64,000 bases of DNA from IMG/VR virus record IMGVR_UViG_3300020367_000005, one strand, 5' to 3'. This document shows, piece after piece, positions 55,003 through 64,000 of this stretch. Numbering within the stretch: the first letter of the stretch is position 1; each line of letters starts with the position of its first letter. The stretch comes from an uncultured virus (IMG/VR IMGVR_UViG_3300020367_000005) (taxonomy: Duplodnaviria; Heunggongvirae; Uroviricota; Caudoviricetes; Kyanoviridae). The notes beneath the pieces are model-generated. The model did no database searches. It saw nothing but the letters and a program-made list of their open reading frames with translations, and had not been told where the DNA came from. The translations under genes and the position numbers were made by a program.

Positions 55003-55177
55003 GGGGAGGATGGAGTCCTGTGTACCATCAAGAGGAGGGCATTTCTACAGTTTAGAATTTCTCCTCTGCCTGAGACCCGACTGGTAAGTCGATTCTCCTA
55101 GTTCCCTAGGAGCAGCACCACCTGTGTCTCATCACCTTAACCAGCTATATGCCAGTAAGTTTATTCAGTCACTCCCA
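55003..55177 (-). ncRNA. manA RNA motif
   Basis: GGGAGUGACUGAAUAAACUUACUGGCAUAUAGCUGGUUAAGGUGAUGAGACACAGGUGGUGCUGC...CUCCC; stems GAGAC/GUCUC, CUCCUAG/CUAGGAG, CGACU/AGUCG, AGAGGAG/CUCCUCU, GAUGG/CCAUC; family recognised from recall. Confidence 0.75.
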
Positions 55178-55203
55178 TGTGAAGTGGCCTTCTTCACCCT
55201 TTT

Positions 55204-55232
55204 AATATACTACCCTTCTTCTTCCTTGTCAA
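55204..55232 (-). promoter_or_regulatory. Sigma70-type promoter of the manA RNA
   Basis: TTGACA-17 nt-TATATT. Confidence 0.7.
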
Positions 55233-55551
55233 GCTCAAATATTAAATCTTTATATTTTCTCCATAATTCACCCACCCTTGGTTCAGTGTCACGTGACTTC
55301 CATAGTTGAGCAACGATGTCTTTCATATCATCCATTGGTACCACAACTGACAGACTACCATGTGTCTCCACCTCTGGTGGTGCAACTAAGTCATCACCTG
55401 ATAATCTATCTAACTTCCTATGTAAATCATCTATCTTATTGTCCATAACATAGAGTAACTCTTTTGAGGAAGCATCCCTATTGGCAGATGACCAGAAGTT
55501 TGCTATCTCTTCTTCTGGTCTAGGGTTGTCGTCAGGTATTAATGATATCAT
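55210..55551 (-). CDS. Hypothetical protein
   Basis: ORF track; ATGA-coupled to mazG. Confidence 0.65.
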   Translation of the reverse strand: MISLIPDDNPRPEEEIANFWSSANRDASSKELLYVMDNKIDDLHRKLDRLSGDDLVAPPEVETHGSLSVVVPMDDMKDIVAQLWKSRDTEPRVGELWRKYKDLIFELDKEEEG

Positions 55552-56201
55552 ATGTCCCCTGGTGCTCTGTTTTCTGAGTATCCTACCTCAAACATTTGAT
55601 TAGGATAACGTGCTGCTAACTTAAGAGTATTAGTATAGATAACCTCATCTAATCTAAGGTCTAATGCTAGTGCTGCTTGTGCAACATACCACATGATGTC
55701 ACCCAACTCTTTCTCTAAGTGCTCTTTGTTTGCTCTGTTATATGGTTTGCCTTGGAACTTTAACTTCTTAACTATCTCCATAAACTCACCTGCTTCAGAG
55801 CACATACCTGATGCAGCAGTGTCAAGACGAGAGATGTTACACTTAGCATCATGCAACTCTTTATATCTGTCTATTAAGTCAGGGAAATTCTTACTAGCAT
55901 TTGATGTAACTCTATCTACAAATGCCATGTAGTTATCTAAGTCAATCTCAAACTTCTCTTTCTTACCACCTTTCTCTTTTGATTTCTTTTTCTTATCTTG
56001 TAGTACTTTACGAGCAGCAGGAGCACTACCCATACGCTCATCAGTATCATAGTCCTCAGCAGTCTTTGGTGCATCATCAGCCATCTGTTTGGCTTGATCC
56101 TTATTAGAGTCTACTTTATCTTGACTAGCATTCGACAACTCTTCAGCAGCTTTATCCTGTTCTGGATCAGAAGGTGCTTGGTTGGTTAAATTTTCTGCCA
56201 T
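55548..56201 (-). CDS. mazG: MazG nucleotide pyrophosphohydrolase
   Basis: SEAGEFMEIVKK...KELGDIMWY...KLAARYP. Confidence 0.93.
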   Translation of the reverse strand: MAENLTNQAPSDPEQDKAAEELSNASQDKVDSNKDQAKQMADDAPKTAEDYDTDERMGSAPAARKVLQDKKKKSKEKGGKKEKFEIDLDNYMAFVDRVTSNASKNFPDLIDRYKELHDAKCNISRLDTAASGMCSEAGEFMEIVKKLKFQGKPYNRANKEHLEKELGDIMWYVAQAALALDLRLDEVIYTNTLKLAARYPNQMFEVGYSENRAPGDI

Positions 56202-57571
56202 TATACTTTAAATCCCTCGAATTGTTTCTTAGTATTAGTTGTTGGTTCGATATCACCTGCGTCGATGATATCATCTTGTGCACTTTGCTCACAATCATAC
56301 AGCCTCATCTTCGCTCTGTCAATCCCTACAACGAATCTCTTATACATTGTAGGATCATTATAGCGATTCTTCAACTGCTTGACCATTATTTGTCCGAGTT
56401 GTTCCATATCTTCTGTACTGATGAGAGCAAGCATAAGGTCAGCAGTAGCGGGAAGACCGAATGACTCAGAGGTATCAGTAAGATCGACATCACTGTTAGC
56501 AAACCCACTACGAGTTGTTTGGGTTGCACTGACGATAGGAACATTAAACTCAACCGCCAAACCTCTAAGTTCTTCTGCAATCGCTTTGACATAGGTATAA
56601 CTGTTAACTATAGTCCCTTTATATCTAGCTGAAGCACATATATTTAAGTAGTCTATGAATATAATATCAGGACTAAATCCTTTCTTCATGGACAACTCAT
56701 TTAAGAGTGCCTTGAAGTGACCCACATGTGCTGATGCTGTGGGATACTCCTTGATGATTAACTTACCCTGTGTCTTCTTCTTTAACTGAAGCAACTTGGA
56801 GGAGTATTTTTCTTTTGTGAGGAGTGGGTCGTTGAGTGATTGGATTGGGATGTCCAAGAGGTTGGCATCAACTCGCTCTGCAATTTTCTCCTCTGCCATC
56901 TCCATTGTAATGTAGAGAACGTTCCTCCCTTGGAGCAGCACGGAGCTAGCAACATGGCACATGAATAAAGACTTCCCGACACCTGTACCAGCAAGTGCGA
57001 TATTAAGAGTCTTATTAGGTAGACCACCTTTTGTAATTTTGTTAAGATACTCAAGATCAAATGGTATCTTCTCTTCCTTCTTGTGATAGAAGTCGTATCG
57101 TTCATCAGAGTCCTGTATGTAATCGTGTCCTACATGATCATCAAAACACACACCAAGGGCTTCAGACATGATACTAGGTATCGCATCCTTTGTACGTGTC
57201 TTGTCTTGTCCGTCAGCTATCTTGACAGACTCCATTAGAGCAAGATAAATTGCTCTTTCTTTGCACCACTTCTCAGTGGTTTCAACAAGCCAGTCCTCGT
57301 TATACGCTTCCCTATCTAAATTATTAAGAAACTGCTCGACCTCCTGATATATTTCCTCGGAGATGTCCCGACGTTTCTCTACTTCTATCTTTAGGGCATT
57401 AGGTTCGGGGGTAGCCTCAAATTTATTTACATAATCTGATAAGGCATTAAACAATACCTTATGAGTATGAGTATCAAAGTACTCATCCTTTATGAATGGT
57501 AAGACCTTCCTAGTATATGTCTCATTAAATATGAGATTACTTAAGGTGATCTCTTCTATCTTTAAACTCAT
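56201..57571 (-). CDS. gp41: Replicative DNA helicase
   Basis: AGTGVGKS, IFIDYL, SATQTTR, SESFGLPATAD, LKNRY. Confidence 0.97.
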   Translation of the reverse strand: MSLKIEEITLSNLIFNETYTRKVLPFIKDEYFDTHTHKVLFNALSDYVNKFEATPEPNALKIEVEKRRDISEEIYQEVEQFLNNLDREAYNEDWLVETTEKWCKERAIYLALMESVKIADGQDKTRTKDAIPSIMSEALGVCFDDHVGHDYIQDSDERYDFYHKKEEKIPFDLEYLNKITKGGLPNKTLNIALAGTGVGKSLFMCHVASSVLLQGRNVLYITMEMAEEKIAERVDANLLDIPIQSLNDPLLTKEKYSSKLLQLKKKTQGKLIIKEYPTASAHVGHFKALLNELSMKKGFSPDIIFIDYLNICASARYKGTIVNSYTYVKAIAEELRGLAVEFNVPIVSATQTTRSGFANSDVDLTDTSESFGLPATADLMLALISTEDMEQLGQIMVKQLKNRYNDPTMYKRFVVGIDRAKMRLYDCEQSAQDDIIDAGDIEPTTNTKKQFEGFKV

Positions 57572-58134
57572 GTATAATGTAAGTAGGTTATAAGAGAATA
57601 CTTATCCTGCTCTTTCGGTGCTCTATATGAATGAGCAAACGTCCATGTCGCAGGGAACATTACTACTCTACCACGTTTTGCAGGGATAGCATAGTCAATG
57701 TCATCAAAGTATATGTCTCCATCCTCAAAGTCATCGTTTAAAAACATGTGATAGGTAACAAAGCGTCTAGCAGATGCATAGTCACCAACATCTATGTGAC
57801 GGTTGAAGTGGTCAGCAGTCCTGTGCTGAAACTTCATCATCTTAACTTGCTCTAGTGAGTTCTGTCTAGGCCAGTAACGTTCACAATCCAAATCTTTCAT
57901 ATACTTCTCACCACATGACTTGATGGCAAGTAAGCACTGTTGATGTACAGGATTAAACTTTACATTCTGATTCTTTTCTACTTCCTCTGTGACATTTAAC
58001 ATAGAGAAAGCACACAAATCAGTATCCTGACGAGTTATCTTATCAATCTCGTTATCGAATAAATCGATAGCATTCTTGCAAAAGTTTGCATCGAGAACAT
58101 CATCATAGGTGATGATATAATCTTTAAGATCCAT
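57568..58134 (-). CDS. 2OG-Fe(II) oxygenase
   Basis: HIDV...FLNDD...[10 protein letters not shown]...K; start refined. Confidence 0.82.
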   Translation of the reverse strand: MDLKDYIITYDDVLDANFCKNAIDLFDNEIDKITRQDTDLCAFSMLNVTEEVEKNQNVKFNPVHQQCLLAIKSCGEKYMKDLDCERYWPRQNSLEQVKMMKFQHRTADHFNRHIDVGDYASARRFVTYHMFLNDDFEDGDIYFDDIDYAIPAKRGRVVMFPATWTFAHSYRAPKEQDKYSLITYLHYT

Positions 58135-59131
58135 ATGAAAACTCCTTCTGAGCACACTCATCTAGTGCTTGTAAAATTTCTGGCGAGAAATATTTATGTG
58201 GATCCTTAAGCATTGCAGAAGGATATACAGAACTATCACCGACAACGATGCGATTTCCTTTACGCTCAAAGACTCCATATTTTTCTCCTAATTCTATCAA
58301 ACCATAGTAACGATCCAATCCTCTTTCATCATAATATAAACGGATCGCAACCTGAGCATTCTCTTTAGCAAGTCGAGACTTAGCAAGTTTTGCTTTAATA
58401 ATATTACCGATAACCTCTTTACCATCCTTCTCCTTAGACTTGCTAAGGTAGATGATATTAGTTGCAGCATATTTTAAACCACTACCTCCACCCATCTCTT
58501 TGGTAGGCATATAAGCACCCACCACATCATATGTATGGTTGGTAACTATTAAAGGAACATTTGCTTTACCAAGTTTCAATGTCAACACACGGAAGATAGA
58601 TTTAACTACCTGTGCACGTGTCATATCTCTTGTTTCTTTACCTGCTTCACTGTCTTCCATCTCCTTAGAAGTGGATAGCATACCTAATGAATCAAGTACC
58701 ATCATCATAGGTGGTTGATTCTTATCCTTCATATAAGTATCAAGAATCTTAATTGCTTGTGTCCGAAACTCCTGCACTGTAGTGACAGGTACTATAATCA
58801 TACGCTTGGAATCAATATTCCTAGACTCGATCATCTCTTTACTTAACGCACTTTCAGACTCAAAGTAAATAACCCCACCATCAGGATTAGATTCGAGGAA
58901 ATGACGTACGATACCAAGACAGAAAAACGTTTTGCCTGTGCTTGATTCACCTGCAATAGCAGTGATTTTGTTTCCTGGAACCCCTTTGTTGATGGATCCA
59001 CTGACAAGTCCGTTAAAGATGTACGAGCCCGTATCGATAAACGAACCAGTATCCCCAGCTGCAACACCATCAGCAACGATAGTAGCATATTCATTGTCTA
59101 TTTCTTTTACTATATCTTTTAAAAAACTCAC
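58124..59131 (-). CDS. uvsX: RecA-like recombinase
   Basis: [28 protein letters not shown] start overlapping the gp43 stop. Confidence 0.96.
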   Translation of the reverse strand: MSFLKDIVKEIDNEYATIVADGVAAGDTGSFIDTGSYIFNGLVSGSINKGVPGNKITAIAGESSTGKTFFCLGIVRHFLESNPDGGVIYFESESALSKEMIESRNIDSKRMIIVPVTTVQEFRTQAIKILDTYMKDKNQPPMMMVLDSLGMLSTSKEMEDSEAGKETRDMTRAQVVKSIFRVLTLKLGKANVPLIVTNHTYDVVGAYMPTKEMGGGSGLKYAATNIIYLSKSKEKDGKEVIGNIIKAKLAKSRLAKENAQVAIRLYYDERGLDRYYGLIELGEKYGVFERKGNRIVVGDSSVYPSAMLKDPHKYFSPEILQALDECAQKEFSYGS

Positions 59132-61617
59132 GACCAAAGTGCCTCTAATGTATTCATTTTCTCTGCCTTCCACCCTATACAATCAAGTATAGCCTGTAAG
59201 GGTGCAAGAAAACTCTTCTCAAATTGTAGGTCATAATCAATAGAATTGTCAAGCCCAAATTCCTTTGGAAGAGTCTGGAAGAATGAGATTATATTCTCAT
59301 TAATCTTATTTGGTGTGCGAAGATGTAAGTATTTAATCTTCTCACCCTCCTGTATGATGGGATACTTGTGCTGTAGTTTCTTCTTCTTGATGTGATAATT
59401 ATACATCAATGCACCCCTGACATGCATGGGACATCCCTTACCATATATTGTAGCACTAGATGTATTCTTCTGTATATTATTACAACCACGTGGGAATGCT
59501 ACTTCCTCTGGTGACATCTTCTCAAACCTCTCACGGAAGTCCTTAATATATTTCTGAGTGTCACTCTCACTACCTGTCATAATAACATTAAGTGCTTCCT
59601 TAATAGCAGTACGACATGGCATAGGTGTAGAAGACTTAACTGCCTCTATACCCATCATCTTTAGTTTAGGTTTCTCATACTGGACACCTTCACTATTCCA
59701 TACGTTTAAAATATATCTCTTCTTCGCTGTCCATATACCCTTGTTGGCAATGTTTTCTCTCTTCATCACCATCTTCTGCTCATAAGCATTTACAACGGTT
59801 GCCATTTCTTCATAAGCACTCGCAATATAGCGATCAAGTTCCACATCACACACCTTTTTAAGGAACCTAAGTGTACTCTGATCGTCCTTCTCTCCACTGG
59901 GGAATACAGCTTGTACCAGAGGACCAAGATTAAGGTAAATAGAATCAGTGTCACTAGCAATAACATAATCAGTCTCCTCTGTTTTTAATACTTTGTTTAA
60001 ATAATTGTTTACTTTGTTTTCAATCCATCGGATTGCTACTTGTCCAGACAATGTGATCGCTTCAGCGTTCGCAAGATTGTAATATCTGAAGTATTGGTTA
60101 CCGATAGCACCATAGGCAGAGTTAAGTTGTATCTTTCTTGCCATCTGGATGTTGTTGAACTTGGCGATGTCTCGCTTGAGTTGTGCTGTTGGTTTCTTTT
60201 CATACTCACTCTTTGCCTTAAGCATTTTCTTCTTATAGATTGTCCTCTCATCGTAGATGCGTTGCATCATTTCGGGGAGGAATCCATGTATGTCCTTCCG
60301 ATATTGGGCTCCGTTTGCACACACTGCAAAGTCTTCATCGATCCGAACGTCTCCACTGAGCATTCCCTCGACGGTGGCGGTGGGGTGTCTTCGCTCGACG
60401 AGGGTTTCGGGGGAGATGTTGTACTGCATGATAAGGTGAGGATATAGACTGTTGAGGTCAAAACTAACCACCCAATCGTAGATGCCAGGCTTCGGCTCTT
60501 TGACATATGCTCCTGCGTATTTGTCATCTTTTCTAGTTGAACTCCTTGGTGGTACTACAATATTTCTTTTACTAAGGTCATTATATATGAGAGTGTCCCA
60601 TACTTTAACCTGAGAATACACATCCTCAAAGTTAACCTTGGCATCGTATGCCATAGCGACACACAACTCCACCAGTTTCATCTTGTCTTCCAGTTGGTCA
60701 ACAAGTTCAACGTCATGGATGTTATACTCTACAAACCTATCCCAATCATTAGTATAGAAGTCTTTAAAGTTTTCATACTGAGAGTGATCTAACTTCTTAT
60801 CATCTAACTCAACCATTGCAATGTGGTCTAGTCTATATGACTCTTGGTTTGTATAAGTAAACTTCTTATAGAGGTCAAGGTAGTCAAGAATACTAACACC
60901 AGTAAGATCATAAGCAATATTCCTACGTCCTTGAATGACAATCTCTCTGTCATGCACCCTCTTCCAAGGTGACAGAGACTTCTTCCACTTCTCTCCTAGT
61001 ATTCTCTCTACTCTACGACAAATATAAGGTATGTCATAGAGGTTACAGTTCCATCCTGTAATAATGTCAGGGGTATTCTTTGCCCACCACTCAACAAAGT
61101 CTGCAAGCATCTTATCTTCCGACCAGAATACTCTATACTCATGCTGAGATTGAAACTCTCGTGTACCCCACGTGATTATCTTCTTAGTATTGAAATCCTT
61201 TATAGTAATGCATAGCATCTGCTCTGCACATGCTTCTACATCAGGGAAACCATTCTCACATGCAACCTCAATGTCAATCGTATAGATTTTCATCTTGGTC
61301 ATATCATAATCTATGTCTCTAGGATATTTCTCAGCGATATGCTGATACAGATACCTCTCATAACCATGGACTTCCATACCCGCAGCATCTTCATACTGCC
61401 TAAGAAACTCTCTTGCTTCTCTAGCACCATCAAACTTCTTTGGGTATGCTTTCCTACCATCTAAAGTCTTATACTTAGATGGTTTCTTTTGTGCATCTGG
61501 TACCAGATACAATGTTGGTTGTGACTTCTCTCTGTATTGTACAGGTTGTCCATTCTCATACCCACGGTAGAGAATATCATTTCCTAATAGACATAAATTT
61601 GTATAGAAATCACTCAT
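59128..61617 (-). CDS. gp43: Family B DNA polymerase
   Basis: DIEV exonuclease motif, [28 protein letters not shown]. Confidence 0.98.
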   Translation of the reverse strand: MSDFYTNLCLLGNDILYRGYENGQPVQYREKSQPTLYLVPDAQKKPSKYKTLDGRKAYPKKFDGAREAREFLRQYEDAAGMEVHGYERYLYQHIAEKYPRDIDYDMTKMKIYTIDIEVACENGFPDVEACAEQMLCITIKDFNTKKIITWGTREFQSQHEYRVFWSEDKMLADFVEWWAKNTPDIITGWNCNLYDIPYICRRVERILGEKWKKSLSPWKRVHDREIVIQGRRNIAYDLTGVSILDYLDLYKKFTYTNQESYRLDHIAMVELDDKKLDHSQYENFKDFYTNDWDRFVEYNIHDVELVDQLEDKMKLVELCVAMAYDAKVNFEDVYSQVKVWDTLIYNDLSKRNIVVPPRSSTRKDDKYAGAYVKEPKPGIYDWVVSFDLNSLYPHLIMQYNISPETLVERRHPTATVEGMLSGDVRIDEDFAVCANGAQYRKDIHGFLPEMMQRIYDERTIYKKKMLKAKSEYEKKPTAQLKRDIAKFNNIQMARKIQLNSAYGAIGNQYFRYYNLANAEAITLSGQVAIRWIENKVNNYLNKVLKTEETDYVIASDTDSIYLNLGPLVQAVFPSGEKDDQSTLRFLKKVCDVELDRYIASAYEEMATVVNAYEQKMVMKRENIANKGIWTAKKRYILNVWNSEGVQYEKPKLKMMGIEAVKSSTPMPCRTAIKEALNVIMTGSESDTQKYIKDFRERFEKMSPEEVAFPRGCNNIQKNTSSATIYGKGCPMHVRGALMYNYHIKKKKLQHKYPIIQEGEKIKYLHLRTPNKINENIISFFQTLPKEFGLDNSIDYDLQFEKSFLAPLQAILDCIGWKAEKMNTLEALWS

Positions 61618-61867
61618 TAATTTCAGAACCTACTGCTTCTCCATATTTCTCTGCAACAACAGCAGAGGGATCCAGTATAGTCAAGACCTGGTCAGATGTC
61701 AAGAACAAATCTCGTTGGTCTGTATGTAATGGAAATGTATCCAACACACCTTCAGGTCCAACAGAATAACAATTCTCAATCAGTAGACTCGGTTCCTCGT
61801 CCAGTTCCGTTATCTTCCCCAACAAATACAGCTGTGGGCGGTGTTTGAGTATGATCAACTTTAGCAT
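61610..61867 (-). CDS. Hypothetical protein
   Basis: ORF track; stop overlaps the gp43 start. Confidence 0.6.
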   Translation of the reverse strand: MLKLIILKHRPQLYLLGKITELDEEPSLLIENCYSVGPEGVLDTFPLHTDQRDLFLTSDQVLTILDPSAVVAEKYGEAVGSEINE

Positions 61868-62210
61868 CGTCTTTCTTTATCTCTTTGTATTTTTTTATTG
61901 CCTGTTGCCATCCGTCAACGACGTTGGAATGTGGCTCTGAAATTGCCACTACTGAATATAGTGTAACAATATTTCTTCCAGTTGACAATGGTGACCACGG
62001 AAAGAATTCTAATTCTATATTACCAAGAGACTCCATGTCAACTTTATCACCCTCTTGAAACATATCTTCAACTTGTCTCAAGATTGTCACGGTGAATGCA
62101 TCAATGAATTCATATGCTATAGCAGTTTTACCTGTAGCATCAGGACGTATCTCCTTGATATCAGCTATTACGTCCTCTCCGTTTTGCATTCTTGCGACTC
62201 TTACTGACAT
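61776..62210 (-). CDS. Hypothetical protein (Sm-like fold candidate)
   Basis: MSVRVARMQNGEDVIADIKE...FFPWSPLS. Confidence 0.65.
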   Translation of the reverse strand: MSVRVARMQNGEDVIADIKEIRPDATGKTAIAYEFIDAFTVTILRQVEDMFQEGDKVDMESLGNIELEFFPWSPLSTGRNIVTLYSVVAISEPHSNVVDGWQQAIKKYKEIKKDDAKVDHTQTPPTAVFVGEDNGTGRGTESTD

Positions 62211-62421
62211 ATCCTTGACCCTCCATTAAATTATAGTAAGTACCTCTAACTAAATCACCGAATGCTTTCCTAGCAGACACGTTTCGTTGGTCAGAAAGCA
62301 TATGCACCATCTGCATAAACTCTTCTGATAACTCTGGCGGTAGGTCTAACGTCAGTGTATCTTTCTTTTCATTGGACTCTGGACATATATTAACATACAT
62401 GTTCATAATAATCAACTCCAT
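62161..62421 (-). CDS. Hypothetical protein
   Basis: ORF track. Confidence 0.55.
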   Translation of the reverse strand: MELIIMNMYVNICPESNEKKDTLTLDLPPELSEEFMQMVHMLSDQRNVSARKAFGDLVRGTYYNLMEGQGYVSKSRKNAKRRGRNS

Positions 62422-62423
62422 AT

Positions 62424-62449
62424 AAAAAGAGACCTCTGAAGGTCTCTTT
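62424..62449 (-). terminator. Intrinsic terminator
   Basis: AAAGAGACCT-TCAG-AGGTCTCTTT-TT. Confidence 0.75.
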
Positions 62450-62471
62450 GGTTGTTAAATTATATAGGTGT

Positions 62472-62693
62472 CTAAACATCACCTGTTACTTTACCACTTG
62501 ATACCTTAGCAGGAGGATCTAAATGAATAGTTCCTGTGTAAGGTTGATGTGCATGCTCTAACAAATGATCTAACTTAGCGTTAATCTCATCTAGTTTTTC
62601 CTCTATGCTTGTGTCTGGGACATATGCAAGAGGGTCATTAGCATACTCTGGTGGTGTTATTATCGGGTCACTCATTAGTAATACCTGTTCCAT
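62472..62693 (-). CDS. Hypothetical protein
   Basis: ORF track. Confidence 0.55.
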   Translation of the reverse strand: MEQVLLMSDPIITPPEYANDPLAYVPDTSIEEKLDEINAKLDHLLEHAHQPYTGTIHLDPPAKVSSGKVTGDV

Positions 62694-62703
62694 TGTATAT
62701 TAT

Positions 62704-62886
62704 TTAGTAGTCATCATCATTTGTCTGTGACTCTACCCACTCAGCATTGTTTCGACAGTATGCATCAGCATCTATCTCCATCCTCCAGTGGGTGAGGGTA
62801 TGAAGGGTCTGTATCATGACCAACATACCCAGTATCAGCACAGGCCCTATCCATAAGGGGTGCATAACGACATCTTCTGTCTTCAT
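62704..62886 (-). CDS. Small membrane protein
   Basis: TM helix; ATGA-coupled to hsp20. Confidence 0.6.
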   Translation of the reverse strand: MKTEDVVMHPLWIGPVLILGMLVMIQTLHTLTHWRMEIDADAYCRNNAEWVESQTNDDDY

Positions 62887-63323
62887 GTTAGGTAATCTTT
62901 ACGAGCATGATGCTCAGGTATTACCTTACCAAGTTTAACTACCAATAGACCATCCTCAAATGTAACATCAGTTACTTTAGTGTCTTCTGCAACTGCCCAA
63001 GAGCGTTTGAAACTTCTTTGTGCAAGTCCTCTATGGAAGAATTGTTCCTCTGTAGAAATATCTTCTTTGGTTGGTTTGCTTCCTTCGACGTGGAGTTTAC
63101 CGTATTCTGTGTAGACATTGACTTCATCCTTTTTGAACCCTGCTAGAGCAACCTCTAGTCTTGACTCGTGATTATTTACATGAACAATATTATAGGGTGG
63201 ATAATTCTGAGCTTCCATCGAGTTAAAGCTATCAAAATAATCATCCAACCCTAGTGAGTTAGTAAAAATCTTGTCCATTAGTGCAGGTAAATCCGCACTA
63301 CGATATCTTTGTATTTTTCCCAT
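62883..63323 (-). CDS. hsp20: Small heat-shock protein
   Basis: NYPPYNI, LEVALAGF, HRGLAQRSFKRSW, DGLL; AAGGAG Shine-Dalgarno before ATG 63323. Confidence 0.95.
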   Translation of the reverse strand: MGKIQRYRSADLPALMDKIFTNSLGLDDYFDSFNSMEAQNYPPYNIVHVNNHESRLEVALAGFKKDEVNVYTEYGKLHVEGSKPTKEDISTEEQFFHRGLAQRSFKRSWAVAEDTKVTDVTFEDGLLVVKLGKVIPEHHARKDYLT

Positions 63324-63379
63324 GATAGGTCTCCTTAAATAAGCGAGTGTTAATTGTGGACCCTTTCGGCATCCACATA

Positions 63380-63387
63380 TATTTATA
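63380..63387 (-). promoter_or_regulatory. Late promoter TATAAATA of hsp20
   Basis: Exact consensus followed by a GAAA-tetraloop hairpin. Confidence 0.65.
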
Positions 63388-63482
63388 CCATACCCCTGAG
63401 ACACTAGCAATAGGGGTATCCGTAATGGTACATTTGTTACAGTACGGTTTTTGCTAAATAGAAGTACTTCTACTTAGGATAA

Positions 63483-63992
63483 ATGAAAAGAGCAGTATTG
63501 CTTTTTGGTATGATTTTGATGAGTGGCACAGCAGCACGTGCCGATCTGACTCATAGACTTAGTAGCTCTACGCAACTCCAAGTAGATGCGGGTTATACTC
63601 AAGTTTCAAGAGCAGGTAATTCTTATAGCACCAGTGGATCTGGTGTCAGCACAACTATTACACCGTCTGGTGGTAGTGCAACAAATGATTTAGGTGGTAT
63701 ATCTGCTGTCAGCACAGCAGGTGTAGCAACTTTTGCCCTACCTGACGTAGCACAGACAACCCAAGGAAATGCATATAGTTTTACACAAAATATAACTACA
63801 GGTGATGCTATTGTAACCACTGCTGCGGACGTAGGTGACGTGCTTGGTTATAGTAATATAGTCTCCACTGCCCCTGGTACCGCTGGTTCCTTGGCTGGAA
63901 CTATTTTGAGTTCGGGTGCTATGACTCTAACAGCTGGAGGTTCAGGTACTTCGGCTACGGGACAATTCGTCACAGAAATAACCATACGCTAA
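63483..63992 (+). CDS. Secreted/virion beta-rich hypothetical protein
   Basis: Signal peptide ending ARA; Ser/Thr/Gly-rich; CTAAATA at 63454-63460. Confidence 0.65.
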   Translation: MKRAVLLFGMILMSGTAARADLTHRLSSSTQLQVDAGYTQVSRAGNSYSTSGSGVSTTITPSGGSATNDLGGISAVSTAGVATFALPDVAQTTQGNAYSFTQNITTGDAIVTTAADVGDVLGYSNIVSTAPGTAGSLAGTILSSGAMTLTAGGSGTSATGQFVTEITIR

Positions 63993-64000
63993 GGATGCTA

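Noticed and set aside
54990..55177. tRNA or tmRNA reading of the structured RNA (paired ends, CCA-like 3' sequence)
   Set aside because: No T-loop GTTCRA or cloverleaf and no tag reading frame; it fits the manA motif better. No tRNA genes were recognised anywhere in the window.
42434..61617. Introns, inteins or homing endonucleases in nrdA, nrdB, gp41, gp43 and uvsX (psbA and thyX also checked)
   Set aside because: All ORFs are continuous and of ordinary length, with no intein or LAGLIDADG/HNH/GIY-YIG motifs seen
672..61769. Many plus-strand ORFs of 60-170 aa antisense to minus-strand genes (e.g. 1794-2243, 8508-8960, 11103-11618, 28057-28566)
   Set aside because: Shadow frames of well-supported genes, with no motifs, ribosome-binding sites or coupling

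Overview
This is a 64-kb, AT-rich, gene-dense segment of a T4-like marine cyanomyovirus, read almost entirely on the minus strand. A Prochlorococcus host is likely, inferred from the low GC and from the D1, Hli and CP12 types. It contains a baseplate/tail module (gp5, gp27-like hub, two tape-measure-like paralogs, gp26/gp51, gp54-like, gp2, gp4, gp48, gp53). Replication and transcription genes are gp32, gp33, gp61, gp41, uvsX and gp43. Nucleotide-metabolism genes are nrdA, nrdB, nrdC, thyX, pyrE, purN and mazG. Auxiliary metabolic genes include talC, cp12, cpeT, psbA, two hli, a psbN-like gene, ho1, phoH, hsp20, two flavin-dependent halogenases and about eight 2OG-Fe(II) oxygenase-like genes. 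Structured RNAs are a manA-type RNA, glnA-type glutamine riboswitches, a PhotoRC-II-like psbA leader and an unidentified multi-stem leader. The strongest observations are: (1) a textbook -1 frameshift signal that would fuse gp26 to the short gp51 ORF just upstream of the tape-measure-like genes; (2) a 59-aa ORF nested inside the variable stem of a glutamine-riboswitch aptamer that precedes a DUF4278 peptide; (3) a manA RNA, nuclease, ligase-like and HIGH-nucleotidyltransferase gene run, whose last member has a T4-like capsid-targeting N-terminus; (4) divergent gp4/gp48 genes sharing one CATG. All family assignments are from motif recognition by eye; no searches were run.
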